Of a stretch of 64,000 nucleotides of DNA, positions 42,130 through 55,701 are shown in pieces. Origin of the DNA: Octopus vulgaris (Eukaryota); assembly GCA_951406725.2 (NCBI GenBank), contig OX597828.1, forward strand, positions 45,942,001 through 46,006,000. Reading direction: 5' to 3'. The notes under the pieces were generated by a model. The model was given only the letters and a program-made list of their open reading frames with translations, searched no databases and was not told the DNA's origin. Within the stretch, counting starts at the first letter, position 1; each line of letters begins with the position of its first letter. The position numbers and the translations under genes are program-made.

Positions 42130-42924
42130 CACACACATTATGTCTGACAAATCCAGAACACTGTCTCTCCACTTATTCTCTTCCCTTCTTTTCCCCTCAT
42201 ATTCTTTCGCCCATATTGTCTTTCTCCCCAGCATCTCCCTTTCACGGTCTCTGTTTCTGTTCGAATTTTCCCATATCTCTCCTTCTCTCCCTGTATCTCC
42301 TCTTCCTCCTCCTCCTCCTCCTCCTCTCTTTCTCTCTCTCTCTCTTTCTCCGTCTCTTTCATATCCACCCACTTCTCTCTGTTTTCCTCCCTCAAGCACT
42401 TTCTCTCTCTCTTTCACCAATACCGCCATATTTCTTTCCAACTCCTCGCTCACAATTTTCTAATTTTCTCTCACACAACTCTTCCTCACCAATATTATTT
42501 TACTTCCTCTCCATTTCACTCCCTCTCTCTTTAACGTATTACCTCTCCCCCTCTCTCTCTCACACAAACACAGACACACATAGACACACGAATACCAACA
42601 TAACCATCATCATCATCGTTATAACTTTCTCCGCCGCCATTTTGTCCAAGCGTACTTTAAGTCGCTATACATGTCCTTCAGTTACTCACCCAATTTTGCT
42701 TGAAATAAAGACATTGACATACAGATCTTTAGATTAGTCATCAGTGACATCATTCTCACCAGTTTAGATGACTCTAGCTCGATCGTGAAAACTATTCAAC
42801 CCATCATCGTTTTCGTCTCTGTCGTCAAGTACCGTAGTCTTCTACAGCGCGTTAAGGATAATGGTAAGCACGAAATCGTCCATCGGATGAAGCCATAACG
42901 ATACTTCATTCTAACTTTCACATA

Positions 42925-43100
42925 GTGTTTTCTTAGCAGAGACATTAGTTTGGTTTGCCATTGCCTTCCACAAGTGGATGGCCGTTGGCCCGCAAGTAGC
43001 TACTTCATCCATCCTTCGACAAGTCTTGCTTTTAGTCTTGCTTCGGTGTCCAGACACCCTCCCGTCAAGTGTAGCAAGCTACTCAAATGGGGAAGTGGTT
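42925..43100 (-). mobile_element. RTE-clade UTR-like fragment
   Basis: Minus strand GGAAGGCAATGGCAAACCA...GCTAAGAAAAC, a motif recalled from RTE/BovB-related elements. Confidence 0.45.
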
Positions 43101-44579
43101 TAACTGTCGACCACTCGACCATGCGACAGGTAATACTAATTTATATGGCCACAGCAGGAGGTCTCATCAGTCCGTGATGAGACCCTTGACCTGACATACA
43201 ATCTAACTTATACAAAGTATATTCCTACTCACTTCTATACATCAAATTTTTACTCAACCTGTCGTTAAATTTCTTACACTATATCCGTCCCTACCTTTCT
43301 AATTTTAAATTCCTCATATCTACATCAGTTTCTTCCTTCTCATCCCTACAATTAAAATACATGCGCTATATAACCTTCCTGTTAACTATCTTCGAAACTT
43401 TGCCATTAACATATTAACATATTCAATTACATTTGTTTTTATTTCATACTAAATCGTTCAAATTTCTAAGTGTATTACACAAGCTGTTTTCCCTTACGTT
43501 ATTCTATATTTTTGTACAGCCAATTGCCGTAAAATGTGTTTATGTGTGTATGTCTGTATATGTGAGTATGTGTTTGTGTGTGTGTGCGGGTATATATGTT
43601 TATATGTATATACGGGTCGTGAGCAAAATAATTGAATCACTATTTTTAGTTAACTTCTGTTTCTATTGGAAATATGACAAATTCGAGATCGTTCTATTCT
43701 ATATACTAGCTTTCATATACGTTACATGTACCTTCATGATATAGCCCTCTCTATAGTTCTCTCTTTGGATCTGATTTCCAAAGAGGACACATTTTTTGAA
43801 CGCCAACGGTAGGAGATTTAGTCAATAAAGCTACTGAATATTTTGATGATTCGAAAGATGAAATCTCTAAATTCATGTTGATATTTTAAAATTAAGGTAA
43901 GACTAGTTCTGACAGGCATAATTCTGAGAGGAAACTTACTGAGAGAATCCGCAGAATAATACAACTTATTATGTCTGAAAACCATTGAACTCACTGTGCA
44001 ACAAATTTCAGGTTCAAAAAAAGTACAAGTTAAGTAAGACTTGTTTCTGGGTCAAAAAATTGTCCTGATTCTGATTCTGACCTTTATTTCTCCAGATTAG
44101 GCACCGTTTTCCTGAACCATGAACCATATGTTTTATAATATACTGCATAATATTGCGTATTGAACACAACATTGCAATTACTGAAAGTTACAAACAACAA
44201 AACAAAAACTTAGTTGGTATAACAAAACATATATTGGTTATGAATTAAAAACACACCTGTCAGTTTCAACAACTTTTGTCCATCTAAGCTCTCTTGTGCG
44301 GAGTGTGAACATTTTGGAACTATCTTGCACTCATTGTTGATAACAAATAAGATCTGAAAGATAAAAAATAACATTAAACACAAGCTTTGAATCACATTGT
44401 AGGTGTTACTAAGATTGGTCTCTAGCCCTAGGTTGAAACCCATTATACAATGCGTTAGAGAATTTTACTTAAATAAGGAAAAATTGGATATACAGTGACA
44501 ATTCTGTAGAAACCATGCCTAATTCAACAAAAGAAGGCCAGAAATGAATTTCCCATGTCATTTTGCATATAATAATGGC

Positions 44580-44940
44580 CACAGATCTCCTGTACTTTTT
44601 TGAGTGTTGCACAGTGACTTCGGTAGTAAAAATAACAGCAGAGATAAACTACGAATTTGCCTATATCAACCGCAACCCTTTTTTATGATCTCTATAAAGG
44701 TGTATATAGTATGATGGCGCTGTAGCTACGAGATTTTTCCTCTCTCCAATCAACACTGATTAGTTGAATCAATGGTGTCTAGTCTACCAGAATGGTTCAA
44801 TGGAATAATACCATATTATCTAATGAATCGTCATTCACCTTGTTCCCACTCCAGACCGTGAATGTAGGTTATATCAGGAGAGAGTTCAAGGAAGCATTCA
44901 ACACTGATTGTTTGACTTATACCACAGAATATGGAGGAGA
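44580..44940 (+). pseudogene. Decayed Tc1-like transposase fragment
   Basis: QWNNTILSNESSFTLF...YIRREFKEAFNTDCLTYTTEYGG resembles WxxVLFSDESKFxLF...RR...E...C...TVKxGG. Confidence 0.6.
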
Positions 44941-45110
44941 CGGCAAGCTGGCAGAAACGTTAGCACGCCGTGCGAAATGCTTAGCGGTATATCGTCTGCC
45001 ATTACGTTCTGAGTTCAAATTCCGCCGAGGTCCACTTTGACTTTCATCCTTTCGGGGTCGATAAATTAAGTACCAGTTACGCACTGGAGTTGATGTAATC
45101 ATCTTAGTTC
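44940..45110 (+). mobile_element. SINE family A
   Basis: Aligns to 1636-1805. Confidence 0.85.
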
Positions 45111-45925
45111 CTTTCAGGAGGGTGATGTACTGATCCATATGGCTAATGATATTTAAAATCGGTACAAAGAGCAATAAAGTGAAGAAATGTAAACTTAACC
45201 TTAGCTGGATTTGAACGCAGAACCTAAAAAGCGAAAAGAATAATACATATAAAATGGATCTTACAGCTGTTTCAGCCTGTAGATAAGAGTATCTCAATAA
45301 ATTATATGAATTAGTATTATCTGGAAGTTGATGATTGAAAGAAATATATTCCTCCATTTTCTTATTTTGTATTATGAATTTGAGGTAAAACATTTTACCT
45401 TCGCCCATATAATACAATAAATGAATTAATTGCATCGCAATTCTTAGGATTTATGTATTAGCCTTCTGGGTACTTTACTGTCAGTGTATTGGATAAATGA
45501 TATCCCATAGTGGGTTACACTCATAACCCCTATCTCACTTTGTACTCTCTATATATATGAATGTATATATAATTTTTTTTAAAAGTGTCTTGTAAATGCA
45601 CACACTGAAATCAGACACGGAATGTTCCCAATTCCTCATCCGTTATTGGCCTGTGGGTCTGACGCAATTTCATGCTTTTAACGATAATATTGATTCCTAG
45701 CTGGTGACACCTGCAGGGGAAGATAACTGATGACGAATTGGGGACCGTCTGTGTTTTTTTTCCGTTCGTCTGTGCATTTTCTTTATATTTTTTAACTTGC
45801 GATTCTGTTTGTTTTCTTTTTCTGTACAATTGTAACTTATCTATTAACGGAACGTAACGCACCTGTGGTTTACTCACAGTAAATTATTTATATAAATAAA
45901 TACAAACATTTATGCATATTTCTCT

Positions 45926-45988
<63 letters not shown>

Positions 45989-46714
45989 TGTGTGTGTGTG
46001 ATTGTTTGTATGTATGTATATGAATATATGATTGGAAATATAAAATTACTCAAGTGAAATAAGTTAAATAAGCGAACGCCATGATATGTCTATAAATTTT
46101 TGAAGAGGTGATGCAGTACTCAATACTACAGACAGAAAAAGAGAGAGAGATCGCAATTGAATTCTCTCTCGTAGTTATGTAAACTTCAACAAAAAGCCAA
46201 CAATTCTAGCAACTTCCAAAGAATGCAGATAATATTAAAAATAATATTTTCTCGTCATCATTAGGCTCTCTCTACCACTGCGACAACGACGGTGTGTTTC
46301 TTACTTTTCATTATTCTCTGGCATATGTCTTATGTATAATGTCCCTTAATCTTATCGTTTCAATTTTCACACTTGGGCTACCACGATTTTATCCACTTAT
46401 ATTTATATTCGATACACCATTTGCTCCCCGATTATTTCAACCTGTTATACAAACACAACCACATCAACATATGATCCCATGAAAATATATACACAAGTTC
46501 TACAATGTACTGGATACTTAGAGTCGTTAAGCAGAATACATCGTGGTATTTAATCCGGTTACTTGCTCTACGAGTTCGAATTCCTCTATGAGAATGCTCA
46601 ATTTTTTCCAGAAACATCCTTCTTAAAAGAAATATAAAGCACCAGTCCAGCAGCGGTGTTCAATTTCCCTTTCTCTCCCGCCTTCATTCTATCTATCTTT
46701 CTCTCTGCCCCTCA

Positions 46715-46765
<51 letters not shown>

Positions 46766-47963
46766 ATTCCATCTCTCCTTCTCCTTAAGACAGAGAGCAT
46801 AAAATATTCAGAGAATGGCATCCCTAATCGTGGCACCACCACTCAGTGGACACGCCAATAAGGAACTATTGCCTACCCCTATCCTCAAACCCTATTTTTT
46901 TCCAAAATTACTCGTTTCTCTCCTTTACGTATTCCTATCTTCCCATGTCATTTTTTCTTCTCTCTATGTCATCTCTTTCTCTCGTCATATTTTTTTCTGT
47001 CTTCCTCTCTTTCATTTCTTTCTTTCTCTTTGTCTCTTTCCCTACACTGTCACCTATTTTCTCTGTCCTCTAATTATTTCTCTTCTCCTTCTTTCTGGCT
47101 ATGGCTATCATTCTTTCTTTCCGCCATCTCTCTCTCCCTTTCTTTCTGTCTTTCTCATAACCCTCTCACCCGTCCTTACTCACTATCCTTCTCTCACCCT
47201 CTTCTCCAGCCTCCTTCCCGCCCATCCTCCCTGTCGCACTCTTTCTGGCTATACCCTACCTCTTACTTCTCCCCACGTCGCACCAACATCCCAGCAGTAC
47301 ACTTCTTCCTTTTCCTCCCTACCCAACAACTCCGTCTCTCACCACACTAACTCCACACCCCTCCGCTCCATCCACGCCACCACTCCATAACATGGAAACC
47401 TAATTAAGATTTCGGTCAAGAAAAAGAAAGAAAAATGTGTTAGTGGAATGATGGAATGGTGTGAGGTGTGAGAGAGTGGCGTGGGGGTTGGAGGTGTTTT
47501 GTGGTATGTGATGTGGGATAGAAGAGTGTGTGGGTGTGTGGGTGTATTATGTCGGTGGGGGATATGTCTGTGTGGAGGGTGGCGTGGAAAGGAAAACAAA
47601 TTAGGAAATATGGTAACAAAGATAAAGACAAAACGGCTACACAAGGCACAAGACGTTGTGACGAAGGGACAGAGGACACACACACACACAGAGACACACG
47701 CACACACTCATGCACATACGCACATACATATATACAGACATCGAGCCAGACGTAGATACACGTACTCATACGTATAGACATAAATACACAGGTGGACGTA
47801 CAAACAGCACGAATACACATACGTACGCATACACACGTAGATATACCGTCACAGGGGGCCACTATAGACACACATGGTTACACATAAATACGCATAGACA
47901 CGTAAACATACATATATAGTTACGTGTGGCACATATGCACAATGTCACATAGATATACATAGG

Positions 47964-48040
<77 letters not shown>

Positions 48041-48148
48041 TTCTGTGTGTATATGTATGTTTACATATAAAACAGACACACAACTTACATACATATAAAT
48101 ACAAATTACCCTATACTCAGACAAGGAAAACTATGTATATATACATAT

Positions 48149-48182
<34 letters not shown>

Positions 48183-48228
48183 CATACATACATGCATGCA
48201 TATATATATATATGTATATATATATGTG

Positions 48229-48285
<57 letters not shown>

Positions 48286-48302
48286 GTATGTAAATATATA
48301 TA

Positions 48303-48664
48303 TTCTTTTATTCTTTTACTTGTTTCACTCATTAAACTGATTTTAGTCGAATATATCGACTCAAGTATTTATTACTATTTTTTTTTTTAAAGCCTGTTGC
48401 TTATTCTATCGGTCACCTTTGCAGAACCACCAGATTACTGGGGACGTAAACAAACCAACGCCTGTTGTCAATTGTTAGTGGTAGAAAACACACAGACAGA
48501 CACACATATACATACATACATACTGACACGCACGCACATGCACACGCACACACGCACACACATACACACACACACAAACACACAGGCACACGTATGTTTA
48601 TATATGGGACATGCTTCTTCCAGTTTCCGTCTATCAAATACACCCACAAGGTTTTGGCTGGCCC
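48303..48664 (-). mobile_element. Diverged SINE family B
   Basis: Partial alignment to B. Confidence 0.7.
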
Positions 48665-48730
48665 AATATATCATATATATATATCATATATATATCATAT
48701 ATTTCATATATCATATATATGGCCCAATAT

Positions 48731-48789
<59 letters not shown>

Positions 48790-48793
<4 letters not shown>

Positions 48794-49073
48794 ATAATCA
48801 AATAGGGTAATAAAATAAATTATAATTACCAGTGGCCTAGCACAAAACACGAGTTAGTCATTAGACTACATATTTTTCGTATAGAAATATAATAAAAGGC
48901 TTCCAAATAAGGAAGCGTAGTGCTAGAAACACAAAAAGGGGATAAATTCATGAAAGAAATGAAAATTTACCATCGATATAGCTGAGATGGTAAATGCTTT
49001 AAAATTTTCATTCCTTTCATGAAGTTATCCCCTTTTTGTGTTTCTAGCACTACGCTTCCTTATTTGGAAGCCT

Positions 49074-49078
<5 letters not shown>
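48790..49078 (-). mobile_element. PLE-like fold-back insertion in (TA)n (73-bp arms at 48896-48968 / 49002-49074)
   Basis: The arms differ at about 2 positions; the unpaired tail has minus-strand GAAA-AATATG-TA-GTC (48864-48879). Confidence 0.65.
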
Positions 49079-49129
<51 letters not shown>

Positions 49130-49189
49130 GGAGTTTAACGCATGTTTCGAAGATTTCACTGATATTATTCCAAAGGGTTAAATAGTGTA

Positions 49190-49440
49190 AAACAATGTAA
49201 TCTTCTCTTCAGGGAAGTGAAGAAATGAAACTCGTGAATAAGACATTTTAACAGCCTTGTCCACCAACCAGCCACTTTCACGACAGCCACCAGGTAAAGG
49301 AAAGCTGCCTTGCCTGGCCGATTGCAGAGGATGGGGGGTGGTGGCAGCGGTGCGACCATCACTACAAACTCGGTCGACAGACGGATCCGACGCACACATG
49401 ACAACAGCTGTTCGACATGACCGCACTGACAAATCGGCAA
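49190..49440 (-). pseudogene. L1/Tx1-like ORF2 fragment homologous to 31600-31800
   Basis: HVEQLLSCVRRIRLSTEFVV...GKAAFLYLVAVVK..WWTR versus YVNHLLWHVGRIWLSNEFIV...KAVFICLV. Confidence 0.7.
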
Positions 49441-49537
49441 TGATAATAATAATAATAAAAGTAATAATAATAACAATAACAATAACAACAACGACAATAA
49501 AAACAACAACAACAACAATAATAATAACAACAACAAC

Positions 49538-49650
<113 letters not shown>

Positions 49651-49674
49651 TGATGATAATAATAATAACAATAA

Positions 49675-50214
49675 ATGCCCTGATTCAGTACCAGGCAGTG
49701 GCTCTCATGGCTTCTTAACTGATGGGAAGTGTTATCATGTACATTGTTTTGTCTTGGTATAAAAGATGGGCTACAGCAAATATTCTGCTCAATACCACAG
49801 ATTTGCTTGTCAGTTGTTTGACCTTAACCAGTTAAGCATGTCCCTTAGTGGCTGACGATATGTGCATCTCTGATCACGAGCAGAAGTAGTGGGGGAGCAT
49901 CATAGCCATGTGTTGAGAGGGATTCTTTGGTGTTTGAATAATTCACCTCTTGAAACATGGGTGTTTCATTCAACGTTCTTAAACAACCCTTATTCAGGGA
50001 CCTTTTGAGCAAGATGGGCTACTCGACTAGAAGAAAATTCTAACTGCAAGGTCATGTGCTGTTTATCTTGATATGGGATCACCATGTCGCGCACATATGA
50101 TTGTGATACATGTGCCTAGTGTACCCTTATCAGACGGGTAGTCATGATGGGTATACTGGGCTTCGTATATTTTACCCCAGTGTCACTTTGATGGCATGCA
50201 CTGCTCCCTCACTC
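49675..50214 (+). mobile_element. Family E, full-length copy in (AAT)n
   Basis: (AAT)n-ATGCCCTG...CTGCTCCCTCACTC-(AAT)n. Confidence 0.88.
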
Positions 50215-50231
50215 AATAACAGTAATAATAA

Positions 50232-50525
50232 TTTCTTTATTAACCACAACGATTTACATTAAGAAAAAACATTATGGACAGTACAAAAAAAAACTAAGAA
50301 TGTGTGTGTGTGTCTGTATGTATGTGAAAGTATGTTGTTGTGAGTGCTTTGCTTGTAAACAAGACTAACAAATTTATTTTTAAAAAAAGGAAGTAAAAAA
50401 GAAATGAACAACGTGTAATCCTCAATAGGAAGGTGATGTTTGAGAGCTGCTCATGAAAAAATAAAACATTAAAAAAACCATGGGTATGCTGACTTTTAGG
50501 GCAGGTGACTTTTTCCTTTCCTTTA
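50232..50525 (-). mobile_element. 3' UTR of the L1/Tx1-like LINE
   Basis: Minus strand GGAAAGGAAAAAGTCACCTGCCC...TGTGGTTAATAAAGAAAT is homologous to 31985-32672. Confidence 0.65.
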
Positions 50526-50858
50526 TTCCAGCTATAGATGAAGTGTTTATTACAATTCTTAAGTGAGAACGCAGGACCTAGTGCTTATAGCACTGCACTC
50601 ACGTTCGCGAGATCGTGATTTCAATTCCTAGACCGAGTGATGCATCGTGTTCTTGATATACCTTGCACCTGTACTATCAAGGACAATTTGATGGAATGAG
50701 GAAGCTAATGCACAGCACATGCATTTCATCACTATAAACAAATTATTTGTGCGGATCGTTCAGCAGAAAGCTGAACATTCATACTTCGTCTCCGACGTGA
50801 GAGTCTATCACAATTCTTTAAATATAAGAGTAGAATGTGTAAAGTATAGAAGCCATCT

Positions 50859-51192
50859 TATCATGGCTAACCACATTGGGGAGGGGATGTTACTGTAGCT
50901 TTATAGCCCCAAGAGATCGTCGTCTCTACCTGGCTTTAGACACTATATCAGTGCCCTTGAAGTATTTGCAAAGGGAGGCCATCCCTTCCTCGCAAGCCTG
51001 AGTGATACGCTCGGACTAGTTTCGGGATTTTTGGCCCTTGTCAACGGGCGGTAACCACCATGTCGCGATGAAAGTGAAGGCTGCTTTGCAAATATATAAG
51101 TTTTTCTAGTGGCGTCTGCCACTGATGTCGAAAAACGGACAGTAAGCATAATTAAATCTCAGAATGAGATTGAAACAGTAATCGCTCGATAA
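50859..51192. mobile_element. Unclassified 334-bp insertion flanked by a 21-bp direct repeat
   Basis: TGTAAAGTATAGAAGCCATCT occurs at 50838-50858 and 51193-51213. Confidence 0.55.
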
Positions 51193-52229
51193 TGTAAAGT
51201 ATAGAAGCCATCTATTACGTTCATTTACCTCTTTTATTTCTAAAATCCCTTGCACAGATGCACAGACCGTGACTCTCCTAGGCGTGCGTGGAGCCGGGTA
51301 ACTTCCCAAGTTGCTCTTGCCTTTCACTGACTCTCCTTGCGTGACCTCTTAACGATATGAACTCTAGTGTCGTCACGATTGGTTTTGTCTTTCAGTCTTC
51401 TGGGTTGATGCAATAAAACATCTGCGAAGTACTAGATCGATTTAATCTTCTAATTCTACCACAACTATTTGTCCCCAATATTTTCTGATCTTGTATCAAT
51501 ACTAGGAATCAATATTTATATGTTTTTCTATACTCCTGAATTTATAGATCTATGGTTAGACAATTTTATACAATCGGGCGTCAGATTTCTCGTAACTGTT
51601 ATAAGCTCAAATGCAATTGGTACTTGTGCATACATTTAAGTGAATTAGTACATTTTTCTTACGCTTATAAGTATATCAAAATAAAATGATAATGTTATAA
51701 TCACAATACATTATAGTAGAATGCTCTTATATGACGTTCCTCCAACTAGATACACCATGCAACAAGGAAAATATCAGGAAGAATGAAAAAGAAATAAAAT
51801 TGTATTCACAAAACGAGAATTTGATATAAAATCTCAATTTTCTCTGAAAGCTCCAGTAATATTTGACTGAAGATGTGTTGTGTGGCTAAGTCTAAAGGAG
51901 TACCACTATCGAAGATGTAATATGTCAATGCATGCAACATGGCCAAATAATTAATGAATTGCTACGCTATCAAGACGTTCTAGCTTCGATCCTATTACGT
52001 GGAATGTTGGAGAAGTGACTTTTATCAAAGCATTGGATCGACACAGGCTATGTTAGCGAAACTAGGAAGATGGAAACTATGCGGAAACATTTTGGTGGAA
52101 GGGTTTGTTCCTGTAATGTAAATATAAAACATTGTCACACATTTTGTCACTGATTCTGACTATAGGTCAGTGAAATACTCTGGCCACATGCGCACTGATT
52201 CAATGCGTAGATATTTCAGTGGATCGAAA

Positions 52230-52400
52230 AACTGAATAGTCATCGTCGAAATCGACGGAGATTCATTCATCGAAGCAGAAAATGTGCATTGTGCCTTGCT
52301 AAATGATACCGCATTGGATAGTCTTTGATGGCTGTCTTTGACTTCCTACAATGAATATTCTTGAAAATTATGTACTGGAACTTGGAAACAATTATATAAA
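52230..52400 (+). pseudogene. Possible Merlin/IS1595-like transposase remnant
   Basis: IVEIDGD ... HWIVFDG ... ILENYVLELG appear across frames; weak match. Confidence 0.3.
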
Positions 52401-52479
52401 ACAGCATATGAATCTACGTCTGTGGCAAGACACTCACACAAAATACAGGAAATTCTTGAGTTAAGTACCTCTATACTGG

Positions 52480-52690
52480 CTTCAAATTTTGTATCAAAGG
52501 TAGCAAATTCAGGGGAAGGAATAAGTCGATTATATCAACTCCAGTGCTCAACTGCTACTTACTTTATCGAGCGCAAAAGAATGAAAGGTAAATCGGCCCT
52601 AGTGGGTGTTTGAACTCAGATATTTAAGTCGAAAGAAATCTGCGAAGTACCTTGACAGGCGCGGTAACGATTCTGCTAGCTCGGTGCCTT
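52480..52690 (-). mobile_element. Diverged SINE family A
   Basis: TTTATCGA...ATGAAAGGTAAA...TTTGAACTCAGA...TAACGATTCTGCTAGCTCG. Confidence 0.7.
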
Positions 52691-53253
52691 TAAGTACATT
52701 TATATTTTAATTTCAAATTATACCGATCTGCAACCTTTGTTATTCCTTCCATTTCCGGAGGTTGACAAAACATGTATCAGTCAAGTACTGGGGGTCGATT
52801 ATATTAATATACCCTGTCTCTATGGTTGTAGATTTACGCCAGAATAACGCAGCATTATTACTTTAGACAAGATGTTAGCTAGCCAGATCAGTAGGGAATC
52901 GGACCAAATATATCTTCGTATAAACTCCTTACATTCTGAGTTCAAATCTCTTTAATATCAAATTTGTGGTTCGTTCCTTTAACCAGATCTCGATAAAATA
53001 AAGGATCAGACAGCTATTGGAATTGATTAAAGTGACTTCTGCTCTCCCAACATATGTGGTATGGCCTTGTGATTATTGTAGTCTAGACAAAATGGTGCTC
53101 AGATTCTGCGTTTGAAAGTTAAAACTGTGGGTGAATTTTAATAAATTCTAAAATTTTGGCGTAACATAAATAAAAGAAGGAAAATCGAAACGCTAGTGGG
53201 TGTAAAATGTTCATAAGTTTCGTGGATTATACAAGAAAAAGAGCAGATCAGAT

Positions 53254-53640
53254 GGAAAGAAGCACTCCGTCGGTTACGACGATGAGGGTTCCGGTTGATC
53301 CGAATCAACGGAACAGCCTGCTCGTGAAATTAACGTGTAAGTGGCTGAGCACTCCACAGACACGTGTACCCTTAACGTAGTTCTCGGGGATATTCAGCGT
53401 GACACAGAGAGTGACAAGGCCGGCCCTTGAAATACAGGTACAACAGAAACAGGAAGTAAGAGTGAGAGAAAGTTGTGGTGAAAGAGTACAGCAGGGATCA
53501 CCACCATCCCCTGTCGGAGCCTCGTGGAGCTTTAGGTGTTTTCCCTCAATAAACACTCACAACGCCCGGTCTGGGAATCGAAACTGCGATCCTATGACCG
53601 CGAGTCCGCTGCCCTAACCACTGGGCCATTGCGCCTCCAC
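53254..53640 (-). mobile_element. SINE family C, full length, 11-bp TSD
   Basis: TSD GCAGATCAGAT at 53243-53253 and 53641-53651; tRNA-like head TGGCCCAGTGGTTAGGGC...TTTCGATTCCC. Confidence 0.93.
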
Positions 53641-53744
53641 GCAGATCAGATACACTGATACTCGTGCAAACCCATTTTCACATATAGACATACAATTAAT
53701 GATTTCTGAGACGGGATCAGAGTAAGGCATAGACAGTATATTGG

Positions 53745-54280
53745 TTTCAAACTTTGGTGCAAAGCGAGAAAGTCTTTTACATCAACCCCAGTTTTTAATG
53801 CGTACTTAATTTATCGACCCCGAAAGGATGAAAGGCAAAGTCAACTAAGCGGAATTTGAACTCAGAACATAAAGGCGGACGAAATGCTGCTTAGCATTTT
53901 GCCAGGTATGCTAACGATTCTGCCAGCTCGCAGCCTTACACTGAGAATGTATTAACTGTCACACACTCATACAACGACACAGACTTGAATGCACGGGGCA
54001 AAATAAAACGAGAATAAGAAATGAACTGGGAGTTGCACATATACATATCTATACACATAAACACACACATATGCTCATTCATCGTAAGAAATAAATCTTG
54101 CTATTATAGACACACGGCCTCAACATTTGGGGGAAGGGAGGCAGTCGATTACATCGACACCATGGATAAAAAAAAAAATGAAAAGTTGACTTTGTCGAAA
54201 TTTGAACTCAGAACGTAAAGCAAGAACAAATACGACCAAGCACTTTGTCCGGGGTGCTAACAATTTTGTCACATCACCGT
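53745..54280 (-). mobile_element. Two diverged SINE family A copies (53745-53937 and 54115-54280)
   Basis: Alignment to A. Confidence 0.7.
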
Positions 54281-55024
54281 TTTTACAATAAACATGGGAA
54301 ATCGGAATACAGGATATAGTAAAGGCCAGATAAACATAAACTGATTATTTCGAAAGACAGTCAAGAGAAGAGATGAAGTTCAGCTGTCATGAAACAAATA
54401 TAATATGAGACTAGAGTTTCGAGACTTTACTAGTTTTTGAGTGAATAGGGGGTGACGCAAACCTCAAAAAATGTTATCGGATTCCAGATTTCAAGATAAG
54501 GATTCCACATTGACATAAAAATACAAAATTATAATCAAGATCTACAGAATACAGATCGGTTTGGGATTATTGTTGGCATGGGCTACAGGTTGTTAATTGG
54601 TCTCTGATCACTTTTAAAGGTTATTTTAACAGATTTTCTATAGAAATTATAGCCAGTAATATAGAAAATCTGTAAGGACAACCTTCAAAAAACGATGTAA
54701 TAGCACTTCTAACACAAGAGCGCACAGTATGGATATACAGAACGTTTTATATACTTCGTTGTAAGCTATGGTTGCATAGCAAAATACCATGTTCCTACAA
54801 GTAATTGGTCTCTGATCATTGTTAATTTCTATATTTGATTATGACAATGCTAGCAAATACTAAAACCCGTCTCAAATATTATATTTCCACTAAGGTTAAT
54901 CTCAAATACTATATTTCTACCAAGAACAATATTAATGTGTGCATATATAAATTAATTAATTTTATGTATTGGCTTAAGTTTTTCATTGTTTGATTTTCCT
55001 AATAGTGGTTTTATCTCTAATTTA

Positions 55025-55086
<62 letters not shown>

Positions 55087-55362
55087 CTTCGAAACATAGA
55101 GATGATGAAACCATGGCGACTGAAGAAGGGGAATTTTCCTTGTGTTATTTGTCCTGTACTCTATTTATTCGTTGTTTAAGAAAAATGTCCAGTTCCTTGG
55201 TTTTGTGTTTATGTTTTCGTTCCTCATTGTGTTCGACGTTTTTTTTTTGGTGCCCTGTACCCATATATGCATGTATATATACATGTAGAGGTAGGTACGT
55301 ACATGTATGTATGTATATATGCATATGTTTTATTTATAAATTTATATATATATATATATATA

Positions 55363-55645
55363 TAAAGACGTCTGAAAACGCCACTATATAAAATAAATTT
55401 TAATTTCCTGAGTAATTTTACAAGTTTCGGTTCTTCTTGAAAAAACGAACCTTATCAAAAATATTTTTAAAAGTTAAGTGTAATAAAAAAGTTGATAATT
55501 GTTTCTTACTAGTCTCAACAGAGTCCACATGGTGGTTTTTTGTGGGGCGAGGCATAGCAGCTGTCTTGTTCGTTGGCTGAAGTTGGGGAAATGACCAGTG
55601 GCCGAAATAGCAATAGTAGCAGTGACTGTTGGTTGTAGAAGTAGT

Positions 55646-55648
<3 letters not shown>
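55363..55648 (-). mobile_element. PLE-like insertion in (TA)n with a degenerate hammerhead at 55415-55462
   Basis: Minus strand ATTT-TTGATAA-GGTTC-loop-GAACC-GAAA-CTTG-TA-AAAT. Confidence 0.6.

Positions 55649-55701
<53 letters not shown>

Noticed and set aside
43160-43185. Hairpin GGTCTCATCA-GTCCG-TGATGAGACC containing CTGATGA on the minus strand
   Set aside because: No GAAA/NUH or helix I could be built, so it is not called a hammerhead.
46815-47390. 191-aa hydrophobic ORF
   Set aside because: It arises from a CT-rich low-complexity tract.
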